64,000 nt of DNA, taken from the NCBI GenBank assembly GCA_051362555.1, contig CM120647.1:4340001-4404000 (forward strand). The letters run 5' to 3'. Under the pieces are notes generated by a model, which was not told where the DNA came from, did not search any database, and saw only the letters and a list, made by a program, of their open reading frames with translations. The position numbers and the translations under genes were made by a program. The stretch is from Lingula anatina (taxonomy: Eukaryota > Animalia > Brachiopoda). Shown in pieces: positions 48,842-62,909 of this stretch (positions are counted from its first letter, which is position 1; each line of letters opens with the position of its first letter).

Positions 48842-51800
48842 TTTATTTCTTAAAACCGCACTATACTACCGTCTCAGTGCTGTTTACAGATAAAATTATA
48901 AGGATTACAACTAATTATATATATAATAAAAGCTAAGTTAGAATGATTAAAACTGGTTAAAATAGTAATGGTCTAAACAAAACTTTTTTCTAATAAAATG
49001 AGAAAATATTCATTAAAATACTGTGCAAATAAAAATGTTTTTAAATCTTTTTTAAAAACCTCAACACTATCAATAGTCCGAATGTGTGAGGGTAATTGAT
49101 TCCATAAAATTGGTGCTGAAATTGAAAATGCCCTGTGACCGTAGGTTTTGGTTGTTTTTTTATTATCATTTCTGATAAAACAAGGAGTGGAGGAGGATCT
49201 GGTAGACCTGGTGAGACTGGGTGTACTTGGACGTAGCATCGAGTTAATATATGAGGGGCATTCACCTCTGGTGAATTTAAAAACAAACAACAGTAATTTA
49301 AAAACAATTCTCTGTCGTACAGGAAGCCAATGTAGTTCGAATAAGATGGGTGAAATGTTTGATCTGAGAGGGGTTTTGGTCAGTAGTCGTGCTGCAGCAT
49401 TTTGGACAGATTGCAATTTTTCAATTTGGTAGGTAGGAAGACCATACAATAGACTGTTTCCGTAATCAAGATGTGAAGTTATAAAGGCATGGACAAGCCT
49501 CTCCATTTGACTTTTATCAAGGATGTGGGATAGTTTGGAAATTTTTTTAAGACCATAGAAAGCGGCTTTGCATTTTTTACTGATGTCGGAAGCCATATCG
49601 CACCTATTATCAAAAATTACTCCAAGGTTTTTAACCTCATCTTTTACCGTGACTGTACTGTTTCCAATTTCTAATAGTTCTAGTTTTTCCGCATCCTTAG
49701 AAAAACGAGAAGTAAAGTGAACTACTTCTGTTTTGCCATCATTGAAAACAAGTGAATTGGCATTAAGCCATTGACTCAACTGAATAATGCATTTCTGGAT
49801 AGATGGTATTACATCTGATGGCCTGTCGCAAACAATATAAATTTGTGAGTCATCTGCATAGAGCATAAGGTTAAATCCGTACTTAGAGACAATGTCCTCA
49901 ATTGGTGACGTGTAGAGAGTGAACAGGATGGGGCCGAGTACAGAGCCTTGTGGTACACCACAAGTTAGTGGTGTTGACGGTGATTTGTGAGTGCCTATTG
50001 AGACTGATTGTTCACGCTCAGTCAAGTACGATTTGAACCATGCCAATGCAATACCATCTGTACCGAAACGATTTTTTAGTCTGTTGAACAAAATTTCGTG
50101 GTTTATTGTGTCAAAGGCCGCAGACAAATCAAGTAATAGTAAGACCACTTGTTTCTGGTCATTAAGTGCCAGAAGAATATCGTTGTGCACTTTGAGCAGC
50201 GCTGTTTCAGTGCTATGATGTGTTCTATATGCCGATTGAACCTTTGCAAAAAATGGATGAGTATGCAGATAGTCGGTTAGCTGTGTCGCTACTAGGCGCT
50301 CCAGTACTTTTGAAGAGATGTGTTGAAAAGCTTTGTAATGGAAGGTAGTAATTCTTCTATGCATTCCTTTGTGAGGTTAGTTGGAAGGATGTCCAATTCT
50401 GATGATTTTGGCTTAGAGGCGTTTATCAGCTTTTTTATTAGTTCGGGAGTAGCGATGGTAAAATCTCTGAAAAAACTCGGAGATGTAGGAGGATCAGCTT
50501 CTTGTATAATGGAGTTGTTAATTCCACTTTCAAAGGATTTTCGAAGTTTTTCTATTTTGTTGTTAAAAAACTCCAGGAACACAGAAAAAAGTTGCTCATC
50601 AGAATACAGTGTTGGTTTAATGGTTGTTGCTGATTTTTAAAACGGGTAAACTCCTCAACAATCATAAAAAGGCTTTTGGTATCCGAGTTGTCTATGCGTT
50701 TTTTGTGGTAGTCAGATTTCAGTTGATCAGCACGGCGACAGTACTCTAGGCGTTTTTCTTTGTGAATTTGGCGATGGACTTCCAGACCGGTGTTGCGCCA
50801 TTTACGCTCACATTTTCTAACTGATTTTCGCATCTCAGACAGTTCACTACAAAACCATGGCGCTGTTGACTTACTGCGAGTTACTCGAGTATTGACTGGA
50901 GCAAGTTCGTCGAGTATGGTGGTTATGGTGTTGTGATATGAATGCAGAAGATTGTCCACATCTTCTGAAGTAGTGTTTCTAATTGCATTGGTATCAGGTG
51001 GGAAGGAATTAAAGGCAGACTGAAGCTTTGCTTTAAGAACATCAGAGTCAATTTCTTTCAGGTTTCTACGTGAAGTCGTAGTTTTGACCGTAGGAGGGCG
51101 AGCCACATTCAGACAGAATTCTATGAGACTATGGTCTGAATTCAAGTAGTCTGTTGAGTCAGTTGAAAAGAGAAGATTATCTGATGCGCGAGTTATCAAT
51201 AAGTCAAGAGTGTGCCCTTTTTGGTGAGTTGGGAAGTTTATATGCTGTTGAAGATCTCTAGAAAATTTAATTTCGTTCAGAAGTGAAGCATCACGGGAAT
51301 GAGAATTATCAACATGAACATTGAAGTCCCCAGCGATTATGAGATGGCCTGGTTTTGGGACAACTTTTTCCAATAAGGTTGCAAATTCACTGAAGAAGTC
51401 TGAGATCGGGTTGTTTGGAGGACGGTAGATGAGAAGAAATTGTAGTGTTTCACTTTTTGATGTAAAAACAATGTCTAAAGATTCTATTGATTTCATGGAA
51501 TGTTTTTGTTTTTTTACCATTTTAAGACGAGGATGGGCTAAGATAGCTACCCCTCCACCTCTCTTTCCAGTCCGACATTCATGATGGAAGGAATACCCAG
51601 GTAAACTTGATTTAATCTCTGAGATGATCGGGTCTCTGTTAGATTTGATCCAAGTTTCTGTCAAGAGAAAAATGTCCAAGTTTTCTTCGTAGATGTGGGA
51701 TGACAAGCTGGCTATTTTTCCCGAAAGAGATCTAGCGTTCCATAGAGCACATTTTAGCTTCAGCTTTTCGGAGAGAGACGATGTCCTTTTAATGTGTATC

Positions 51801-52552
51801 AAGTTTGCAGAATTAGATCCAGTTTGTTTTGCCAGTTGAAAAAGTGGCTTTGACTTAACAGTGGTTATGGTTCTTCTGTGGTTCACTCCACCACGTGATC
51901 CCCTTACTTGTCTGTTGATGTTTAGTTTCTTAATTATAGTCCAAGTGTTAGCTGACAGACAATACTTCCCTCTGGCATTTATGTCAATTAGGAAGTTCCT
52001 AGTGTGGGCCCATACATTGTGAGCTGTACCTGTGAATGCCCCAAGCCTCATTTTCTTGGGTGAACAGAATTCTACTTGCATACAGAACACTATGGCATCT
52101 ATTTGATTTGGTTACAATCCTTGTGCAGGAAACAGCAACTGTCCAAATATCACCAAACCAGTGTACAGACCTCTGTAACTTTGCAATCAATGTATTCCAG
52201 AGCCATTTAAAAAGTGTTGTATAAAAAATTGAGTGTCAATATAACTCCTTCTAGTTACAAAAATCACAAAACTAGGAGAGCCACAAACAGCCCGGGCAGC
52301 TCAGTCAGTGGCGTCCCCTATCTGTTATAAAATTATTGAAGAGTTGACAATGCCCAGTCCTTGAGGCTCTTGCAGATTTCAGTCTTGTCACTTTAAATAC
52401 ATGTACATGGGCATAATAATATAAAACTGTTCACTCGGTTTTGGTAAAAGGAGGTGGATTATGTGATCATCAATGCAAATTTTTTGTAGCAGGCTTCACA
52501 CAACTTGTCACGCCGACATTGAAGTGATGCAGTATTGTAAGATTGGAATGCT
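47270..52552 (+). repeat. Copy of the 58376-60582 segment, interrupted by a LINE
   Basis: Colinear similarity from aaatagt..gagtaataattt and tttcggagattaaaccaatatgaagtgat through gtattgtaagattgga(a/g)tgct. Confidence 0.9.
48790..52322 (-). mobile_element. L2/CR1-group LINE, near full length: APE endonuclease + reverse transcriptase, two frameshifts
   Basis: APE motifs WNARSL, LTETW, RGGGVA, IYRPP, GDFNVH, GHTLDL, SDH (50552-52090). RT motifs [26 protein letters not shown] and L2-type [13 protein letters not shown] (48973-50364). (TTA)n 3' tail at 48790-48840. No clear ORF1. Confidence 0.95.
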
Positions 52553-52790
52553 ACGTTTGCTCCTCCAACAAAATCAACTTTTTGTTTCTTGATAATGATT
52601 TCAAAACTTATCCAGATTTTGTCTTTCAACATGATTGAACTCACTGGATGGATATTTACGGCCCTGTGTGCTGATCTTTTTACTAGAACGCTTCCACTCA
52701 ACTCATCGAAGGCCCGTTTCGGTGAGCGCTTACCAAATGGTTCGACCGCTCATCTAAACTATCCCCTGCATTTGTACCATCCATTTATAG

Positions 52791-53720
52791 TATAGAGGCT
52801 TTGTGATTACAAAAGAATCCAATATGGCCGCCACACACCCCTTACCATTATGAGTCAAGGGTGCCATCTGTTTGTTATAGAAAAGTTCAAATATCTACTT
52901 TAATGAAGCGAATGCTATTTCTATTTTACAATTTTTTGGGGTAAAGGGGAATTGTTTCAATATTTTAAAGGTAAATTCAAAAAGCTATCTCAATCCAAGA
53001 TGGCTACTTTATCCAAAATGGCGGACAAATTTTCACAAGTTTTTGCAATGAAGTCATGTTTTCTGTAATCTAGCACTACTTTCAATGGTGGAAAAAGTTA
53101 AATTTTATCTAATACAGAATATCTCAAATACTTTCTTCATTTTTAACTATCTGAATGCAGAATGAAAGTTTGGAGATTAGAGAAAAATTCAATATGGCTG
53201 CCATACACCCCTTACCAATATGAGTCAAAGGCGAAACGTATTATACTTTCATTTTAAAATATATTAATAAAGTACACCTCTTTTAATTTTATATAGGTTG
53301 AATATAGGCTATCTATCAATCCAATATGGCCAATCTATCCAAGACGGCAGCCCGAATTTTACCAATTTTGCAATTTAATCCCCTTTTCTTTAAGTCAGAA
53401 CTTCTTTCAATCTTCTAAAGCAAACTTTCATCAAACATAGGTACTCTACCCGAATTTTTCTGCATTTTTTATAACTATTTGTATACAGAATTAAGGCTTA
53501 ATGCTTATAGAAACGCCCAACATGACCACCATTAATCTGTTACCATTACCCTCAAATGAGTCAAAGTCACAGCATGTATCTCATCAAAAACAGAAATATA
53601 TCCTTTGATGATGGATATTTCATTTTTTTATTTTACAATATATGGGTATATGAGGATTGTTTCACTTTTTGCAGATAAATTTTAGATGGCATTTTTATGC
53701 AAGGTGATGCCAACATTTCA
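52791..53720 (+). repeat. Degenerate ~330-370 bp tandem repeat (~3 units) rich in caa(t/g/a)atggc motifs
   Basis: caatatggc(c/t)gcca(c/t)acaccccttacca..atgagtcaa occurs at ~52820 and ~53190, with a weaker unit at ~53520. Confidence 0.6.
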
Positions 53721-56700
53721 CTGTCAATTATTTGCAAGTTTTCTTCACTTTCATATGCATTTTCTTGGACCATTGTATTTTATACCATAACCACTATGTT
53801 GTCGAAGCACATGTCTAGAATACAATCATTATCTATTTATTCGTTTATCAAAAAGAGGCTCAAAGGTTTTGTACAATAATAATTTTGATCCATGCAAATT
53901 TCACTTTATGGAATCAAAGGTAAACTCATATTTCATTGAAACATAAAAAAATAATAACAATAATAATAAATTAATAAAATAAAATAATTAAAATATATAA
54001 CTATGCAATAGATACTAATTTCATTTATTATATAGGAGTTTTGGTTGCAATTTATTTTTGAAAATACAGATGGAATTTAGATGCCTTTTAAGTCCAAGAT
54101 GTAGGCCACAACTATGCATTTTGCTGTTAAGTAATTTATCATGTCCCACATCATAACACAGGTAAGTCTAGTATGCAACTGACATAATGTTTGTAGGAGA
54201 TTGCAGAAATTTTATTGCTGCTAATTTACAGCATAGTGCAGTAAATTGGCAAGAAGGAATTATAATTTGCAGCAGATTTGCAGCAATATTGCAGCAAATT
54301 TGCAACTGGCCTGATATTTTGCTCACAAAGTAAAGAAATAAAGAACATCCTCAGTTGGAAGGAGTGACCTAAGATCTGCTTTGCAAGAAGCAAATATGTA
54401 AGGCCTTTGGTCATTCCTAAAGAACCAAAACAATCATATAGCTGTACAAAAATCACGCCCGCCTCTACCATGATACCATGTTACTGTAAGGTGGTGACAT
54501 TCCCCTTCATGCTAGAAAAGATTACAAAATGCCAAGCATTTGCACTTCCCATACTGATAAAGAGCGTTGATGAAACTACGCCCAGTTAGCTCATAAACCG
54601 TAAATCCATGTGGACCATAAGTGCTTCATGTAAGACAAAGAGCAATGTGTGAATTGGAAGAAACCTTCCAATTTTTGCAACCTGCAGTTACCTATGTGTA
54701 AGGCTGCGGTCTGAGGAATATACCCATGACCTCTTTACTAATATGAATAATGAAACACCCAAGATCTAAATGCTCCAAGTCTCCAATCCACTGTAACACC
54801 TGGTTTCCTCAGGTTCTTTATTAATTCCCACTCTCCTTTGGGAAAACAGAATCTGATCAACAAACACAATTAAAGGAGAGGTTGATCAAGATGGCGGCAC
54901 AATGTGAGTAACTTGCTCGTAGCTTTGTCCGTCTGTGTAGATTCTGATGTAACTGCCAAGTGATAGGAAAAAATCAACTCAATCAATAATCGACCAAAAC
55001 AAGAATCAGAAAAAAGAGTCTGCTGAAAAGCCATCAAAAAAGGAAAAACGGAGTCACTCCGACGTGGCAGCATGGAGGGGGCGGACCTTGACTCTCAGGT
55101 AGCCAGCATCCACGGTGACCTGGCCGGCATTACCCCAATATGACAAAGAAAACTGCTAAGTATGTAACTTAATTATATCATAAACATTTCTTTGTCATGT
55201 TTGAGCTAGATCCTATACATATACATGTGCCATCCATCTTTTTCCATTCATGTATTTCACACTGCAACACAGCTTCATTAGTTCCTTCAATTTATTATTA
55301 AACAACATTATTCAGTTGGAAATGTTCTACTCAAAGAGGGGTAAGATATTCTTGGACATGCAGACAATAGATATTCCAATGGCAACTTCTTTGCTGGTCT
55401 CAGTTTATGATAGTGAGTGTTTCCTGTCTGCATACATGAAGAACCAAAATATATCTTCCATTATTTTGCATAATCTTAAGATAATCTCCCTCTGGATGCT
55501 TGAGGTAAGATAATTCTAATTGTTCCTTACAATTCACATCCAACTAAACTTAAGATCTCATCACTACTTGCTTTGACTGAGATTTTGGCTTTTCCATCAA
55601 GCTTGACAATGAACTACCAACACACAAGGTAACCAAACTCCCATTTCAAATGTAACATAAGAAAAATATTCTTACAACCCTAGATATGAACATATGAAAA
55701 GGAACAGTACAAAGTATGGGTCATTTAATTGCTGATGATGAAACACCTGTTAGGGCATTTTGTCAGTGATTTTGAAAATGGTGATTTTGCCAACCTACTG
55801 TAGATGGTTGTTGTAAACAAAAGATTTCTGCCAAAGCAAATACCTGTTAATAAAAATTTAGGAGATTCAGCCAACCATATTCCATACAGGTACTGGGGTA
55901 TATACATTCTGCTAATTTCTACATTTGGTACACACGCTTTGTATGCAATCCAAAAATGGTGGTTTTTATTTATCTAAATAATGCTCATAGCTCAAATTTC
56001 TCATTAGAAATGGACTCTCTGGCCCATTTTCCCTTTAGAAACAACCATTCCTCTAGGGTTTTCCATAGAAGTTATTCTTTACCCTTCCCTATTATTTACA
56101 CATGGAAGGCAAGCGTCGATAATCACCAAAAATAATGTTTATATCATGTATTTATCTACTTCTGCATCCATAGACCTACAGATGAGTTCATTCAGACAAC
56201 TTAAAGAATGCAAATGTGTATTTGAGTATCTTAACATCAACTAAAGTACTAAACTATGGTGACAGATATATATCAGTTCAAATGTAAACAGCTCAAACAG
56301 ATGGATTAAACAAAATATGCAAAAAAATTGTTCCAGTTTGTCCTGATGCAGGTAGACATCCTGAATTTCTAAATGAAATACATTGATGTTTAAGGTCACA
56401 TTCCCATAGATTTCAGATCGATCTATCCCCGTGGGGAGTCTCACTAGATTACTATCAGATAATCCTGCTTAAATGCCTGTCCTGCCTACAACAAACTGTA
56501 AGGGGATAATTAACCCACTCGGCTAACACCTAGTTTGTGTGAACCCCCAGGGAGTTAGCAAAATCTAGTTGGATCGATCTAGTTCTGGGAATGGGGTCTA
56601 AGTTTTTTAATGATATAGAAATTGAAATAGTTAACTATGGCCATACAAGATAATGAGTCTCATTGGTGAACAAATAGGCAGTTGCAAATAAATGTATGTA

Positions 56701-57063
56701 AGCATATGCATGGAATATTGCAGAAGTCGCTCAAATGTGAGTTTTTCATATCTTTCAACTTCCAAGAACAAATAAGAGGATTTCTATGGAATGTACATAT
56801 AGGTAACATATACTTCAAACTGCAAACATAATAAATTATCCATTGTGAGCATTTTAATTACTCACAATATGACATACTTTGCCAAAATGCCAAACAAGCG
56901 TCCAAACCGCTAGATCTGTGAATATCATTAACTTCAAGGGGTATGTGCAGGGGGGTAAGAGGGGGTAACATTTTCAAAAAAAAATTTTTTTTACATTTCT
57001 TATGTCCAATTATATAAATTCAGGGGGGTAGACCTTGACTTTTCTAAAAAAAAGTGAAATAAC

Positions 57064-57212
57064 ACCCCTCCCTAGTTTTAACGTTGAAACAACGTTGAAC
57101 CATAACGTTGAGAAGACATTGGATATACGTTGGATTTGAAAGTTGTGTCAACCTCAGAGAACAACGTTATATCAACGTCAAAAACAATGTTATATCAACC
57201 CCACCTAGCGGG
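57064..57212. repeat. Palindromic MITE-like array of (c)aacgttg motifs
   Basis: Repeated aacgttga followed by tcaacgt/caacgtt, bounded by ccc..ctag and ctagcggg. Confidence 0.5.
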
Positions 57213-60200
57213 AAATTAACCTGGATGTTTAGAGTTTAGATTAAAAGGACACAAAAGAGGATTATCGCGCCAAAAATGATTTATCCCGATTTATCCCGAG
57301 GTTAACAGTACTTTTCCGTGATTTACCAACCTTTAATCTATCATTCCCGGCACTCGTCATCGCTCTGTAACAATTTTAGAAAATACACTAAAAAGAAAAC
57401 CATCGCTTAAGCGTAGGTTTACCAACACCACCTCCATTTTCATTCTTGAGACTTCCGGATATCGCGAGATTCTCGTATTGCGACCTAGTTAAAACTAGTT
57501 CAAGCTGCCGGGAAAGCACATGGAACAGGAGGCTGAATTAGTTGAGACTCCATTGAAGAAGGGAAAAATAATAACAAGAAGAAAAAGGAAACACCCTTTA
57601 CAAAAGTCAACACCAAAAAATAAAATGCGCGTAAAACAGTGTATCAGCAAATGTATCAACAATAAACACCGGCGAGGAAGAAGGCAGATGAAAACCTGCT
57701 TGCATGGAAGGCCATGGATACGAAGGATCGCCTGGCCGCAAGGTATTAACTGGATTTGTGAGTACCGTTTACAATAATGTTTGAGATAAAACACCAGTAA
57801 TTTGAGTAAAAATATTTATTAAGCACAGAGATAAATGTTTATTTACGTGTGTTCGTTGAATTTCTTAACGATTGTCAGGGTCGTCTGTCAAAATATGCCA
57901 TAAAATTGTAACTAATATGAGTGGTATCGATAACAGGAATTAAAAGTGTTGCCCATATGTCGACTCTGACAGGGTTTGGGTAAGCTTATACAGCAAAGAA
58001 AGTTTAAATGGAAATGGACATGGTGGGAGATACTGGTTTCATTACATGTACATTACCACGGCCGGGGCGAATTGTTGACTTACCGAGGGCACATTTCTTG
58101 TGCCTCTTACATCTGGGCATACAAAACACAGTAATTAAGACGTATGACCAAGATGCTATTTCTTTAGGCATCTTAATCCCAAAATGAATGTGCAGAAGCT
58201 GTTATTGTATCTAAGTTTAACTCAGTTTTAAATGGCATGTCAACTATAATTGAAAATATCTTATAGTATTCTGATTTTCTATTCTAGAGGCAATTAAGTT
58301 TCCTTTTTACATTAAAAATAAATAAATCACAAAGGGGATATTGCATGTTTATGTTTGGTACATCTGTAAATTGATAAATAGTCCTGAGTAATAATTTTGA
58401 TCATACAATCTTTTATATTAGCGTCCAACCAGTATTTCGGAGATTAAACCAATATGAAGTGATCAAGAAACTTTAAAATCAAGTTGTAGTTAATACTAGT
58501 GCAGTTGAAGATGACAGTCTAGATAATTTAAGGTGATCATATTGAGAAAAATGGCATTTATACAGGTACTTATTTCAGTTGAGATTTATACTTATTTCAT
58601 TTATGTTTTTACATGATTTTTCTCATACATGATTATCTTAATTTCTACATGTTTATCTTAATTTTATGTACTGTTGTTGTTTTTTTTTGGGGGGGGGTTG
58701 CAGTATCAAGGTAATTTTTTCCTATGGGATGCCTGAACTGGAAGAAGTACAAATGGAAGAGGAGGAAGATGCTGAAGAAGAGGGAATTAAAGGATTCTGA
58801 TGATCCAACACAGGACAAAAACATGTCTTTAGAGTAAGCAGAGTTTTGATAAGCTGACATTCACTCATCTTATATTAGGCATTATAAGTGCACAATTTCT
58901 CTTTTATCAATTATTTTTCCATATTAGTGACACAAAATGTAAATTTTTATTTGCTTTTTTAGGCCTTAAGATTATGAGCAACTGCCAGTATGATGTCCTG
59001 AAGAAGATTTTTTTTTACATGGAAGAGGAACTCCATGGCTCTCCACCAAAAGACGAGGAACTTTTCTTGAGGGTCCAAAGCGGGGATGAGTTGGATAGTG
59101 AGAGACTTTTCCTGACTTTCAAGTGCTGCTTACAGGATATATTCAGTTCACTCATCTTGCCACTGTGACAAAAGCATAATCTGTTGATTTTAAACCATCT
59201 AGCACTGGCATTTATGTTATAATGCAGACATATTGGAAGTCAAGGTGGTCTTTCCTCCCAAACCTAAGTCATATGCCTGATATTGAGAAGAAACCGTTTT
59301 GGTCCAGCATTTACTTCTTAAATCTAAATGGCATCAAATGTATTATGGAATATGGTACTGGTGACATATTGTGACTTCAACATGATTTTAAACCAGTGTG
59401 TGGTCAGATTTTGTAATATCACCAGTTGCGGAGTTTTGAGACTTTGTTACAGCATAAAGTTCTGTATTTGGCAATGACTGTATGTCATTTCTTTTAAGAC
59501 CTACAAAATGTATTGAGTGAACACTTGTGCCTGTATTCAATTCTCCACTCAGCCATCATTTAGAATTCATGCAGGGAAGCCATGCATGTATTTTTTAAAG
59601 AAATATTTATACCTTTCTATTTATTCCCTGCAAATCTTGGAAAAGTATGTGTGAATATCTTACCGATGAAACAATTTATGTTTGTGTAAATCGGGTTATT
59701 CCCTTCTCATGACACATCCCTTTGCATTGAGACTTTTGTGTCAGCTCACATGAGTCAACACACTGACAGAGAGGGGGATAATTTGTTGATCTGCAATGCT
59801 CATGGGTCTGCATGTACATCAGACTTTTAACATGATAGGCCGGCTGTTAATAAGTCTCTCTCAAAAATGTTACCATACTAAAATATGTACTGCACAATTT
59901 GAAAGTTTGTGAATGCTTGAATGGAAGGCTTATTTATGAAGAGAACATTAATAAGTATGAAAATAATTATGCATTCTAGCTTACAAAGTCTGTGTATGTC
60001 TTATTCATTACATGTGACAGGTAATAATAAAGATGATTTGGCCAAATTCCAAACTTATGTAGCAAACTTTGTTTATTCTTGTATTTTTTCCAAATATAAA
60101 TAAAAGATGTTTCAATATTTAAACTTTTATTTCATTCATAATCTCTACCCAGTTAATGCTACATTGATACTGCAGCTTATGCTTTGTACATAACAATATG

Positions 60201-60329
60201 TTAATTAATAATAACAGTTGGATAATACATATTGTTAATTTACTAAAGGTCTAGCTCTTAAAAACGCGTTCCACATTAAATTATATTCTAAAAAAGTTTT
60301 CAATAATTGCATTAGAATTGAATCTTTGG

Positions 60330-60617
60330 ATGTATATGGCAAAATTATAAAACTATTAAAGAGTTGACAATGCCCAGAAAATAAAGTCCTTGAGGCTCTT
60401 GCTGATCTCAGGCTTGTCACTTTAAATACATGTAAATGGGCATTATAATATAAGACCTTTCACTCGGTTTTGGTAAAAGGTGGTGGATCATGTGGTCATC
60501 AATGCAATTTTTTGTAGCAGTCTTTTACACAATTTGTCCCGCCGGCATTGAAGTGATGCAGTATTGTAAGATTGGAGTGCTTCCTGGTATGAGTTTTCCA
60601 GATAAAACTTGAGGCAC
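60330..60617 (-). mobile_element. Old LINE 3'-end fragment (CR1/L2/Daphne-group C-terminus)
   Basis: Reads SYQEALQSYNTASLQCRRDKLCKRLLQKI / HHLLPKPSERSY..FNSFI. It is also present at 52325-52552. Confidence 0.55.
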
Positions 60618-60743
60618 TGTAAAAGAAGAATTTCATAAAATGGTTATAAAGAAAAAAAATGTATTGATATTATCATAACAGCACTATTATTTAACAAAAA
60701 TCAACAAATTAGAGGGCATGATCACTACATGATAATCAGCTTT

Positions 60744-61610
60744 GGTATCAGGACAATTCCCCCCCGGACAATCCCCCCCCCCCAGGACAATTCCCCCCCG
60801 GACGATCCCCCCCCGAAGAATATATATATTTATATATACAAAAATAAAGTAAAGAGTATAAAGTTCAAATCTTTTCATCCATTTTCTATTCATCATTTTT
60901 TTTCCATTTTCTTAGTGTGATGATGCAAATCAAGGATAGATAATATTAATTTTATTAAACAATTTATTTTCATGGAGAACAAGTACATGAAATTTTCGAG
61001 ATAGAAGTACAGAACATTTTATTAAAAATCTGATCAAAGAGTATATATTTCCAGGTAAAGGAGGGGTAAACAGATAATCTCACTCATCTAGGTAGCCCTT
61101 TGATGAATTAACTGTTACTTTTAATTGCTTTATTTCCCCCCCCCCCCCTTTTATTCAGTAAGTCTTGAATCAAGGTGCATCTCTAGGGAGAGGTGGGGTA
61201 AACAGATTTTCTCGCTTATCCAGGTATCCCTGTGACTATTTGTCACTTTTAATTGCTTGACTACCACCCACCACACTAAATATTTATAAAATATCTTTTC
61301 ATCCTTTTCATCTGTTTACCCCACTTTTACCTGAAGAATAGGTGGTTATACTTCGATTAGATACTTAATAAATCTTCCTGTACTTGTACTCAATGAAAAG
61401 GGAATTTGTTATAAAATAATTTGTTTCATGACATTATGAGGTTATATTGTCACACTAAAAAATTTTAATAAAATGGATGAAATATTTTAAACTTTACACT
61501 TTCTACTTTATATTTGTATATAAATATATATTTCTTGGAGGGGAATCGTCCGGAGGGGAATTGTCCGGGGGGAAATTGTCCGGGGGAGGGGGGGGAATTG
61601 TCCTAGAATC
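60744..61610. mobile_element. Mutator/MULE-type MITE with long TIRs and 9-bp TSD
   Basis: ATCAGCTTT duplicated at 60735-60743 and 61611-61619. TIRs >150 bp contain ggacaattcccccc repeats. Confidence 0.85.
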
Positions 61611-62818
61611 ATCAGCTTTAAATGAAGAAGCAAGTCTGGTTATGGCAAAAGAAATTAATTTAAATATCTGTAGACTAGCTGCATTAAATCATAAAGGCCA
61701 CAAGAAGAAATAACATAATCACACATGGTTTCAAAGAACTGATGTAAAAAAAAAAAACACACACTAATATTTCCAACTTGGGATAATAATTTTGACTAGC
61801 TAATTTACTACAGTACTAGTATAGTTCTAAACTGTACCAAATGGCACTGTTAGCCCTCTAAAATACCAAAAAAATTAAGCGGGCCAGGACCCTCACGGCA
61901 ACTAAAGGGGGGGGGGGTCGGTTTTGCATCCGTGAACCCCTCCCTCCCCCCCCTTCAAATAATCCTGGAGCCGCCCCTGTTACCTGCTGTACTGCTAAAA
62001 TTATTAACATACCTTATCTCTCCACTCGTGCTTGAAGGGGTGTATCACCCAATCCCTCCTCTGAAAGGCTAAAAAATTCATTCCTTATAATCATATTTAT
62101 TGACAATATTATTAAATTCACAAATTAGTTAACGTAGTTACGTGTTGTGCAAAGAACACCCTCTATCCCCACTAGTACTCGAGTTGCATATTGCATATCT
62201 CATGGGATTCCCCTGCGAGAATATGATGTAAGGTTAGCCTGTAAGTACCGGTAGATGACCACATTGAGCAGAAAATGTTATTTCTCCTGCTTTACAGAAC
62301 TATACACCTCAGGGGCAAAGCGCACGATCTCGTTTCATATAACTAGTAGTGCCGTACACAGTGCGAGTGGTTTGGCTGCGAGTGCGTCGCCCGAGGAAAC
62401 GTTTATTAGCTGTTATCTACGCTTTTTAACTTCCACTGCCAGAAATTTTGATTTCCACTGCCACCTCTCCATTTTAAAGTACTTTTGGTAAAAATAACTC
62501 GCTTACCTGCAAAGATACGGTGAACAATTCCTCTTCTTCTTCACGTCCACGCTCACCTTCATGTTTGCATTGTTTACATCTCGTATCTGAGTCGAGAAGC
62601 CGCGTTATTTCAATTTGTGTCAAGATGGCTGACGCCCGGGGTTTGAAAGGGGATGGTGAATATGATTCTTTTTTGCGATATTGATTAAGGCTATGTATGT
62701 GCCATTTTATGTTTAAAATATAGCAATTGTTCTCAGATAAGTTCAAAAAGAAGCAATTCATGCACTAAGAAAGCGTTTTAGATCCTCTTTTTTGTCCCTT
62801 TAATATATATATTTCTTT

Positions 62819-62821
<3 letters not shown>

Positions 62822-62904
<83 letters not shown>
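62822..62904. repeat. (TA)n microsatellite
   Basis: Directly visible. Confidence 0.95.

Positions 62905-62909
<5 letters not shown>

Larger units (their letters stand above)
57245..62799. mobile_element. Kolobok-like element, 5.55 kb, decayed
   Basis: TTAA at 57241-57244 and 62800-62803. 18-bp TIRs aaggacacaaaagaggat vs agggacaaaaaagaggat (16/18 match). Inward-facing ORF starts lie near both ends (57520 + and ~62563 -). Confidence 0.6.

Noticed and set aside
54870-55160. caagatggcggc-led GC-richer stretch as a gene or LINE 5' end
   Set aside because: There is no sustained ORF or diagnostic motif.
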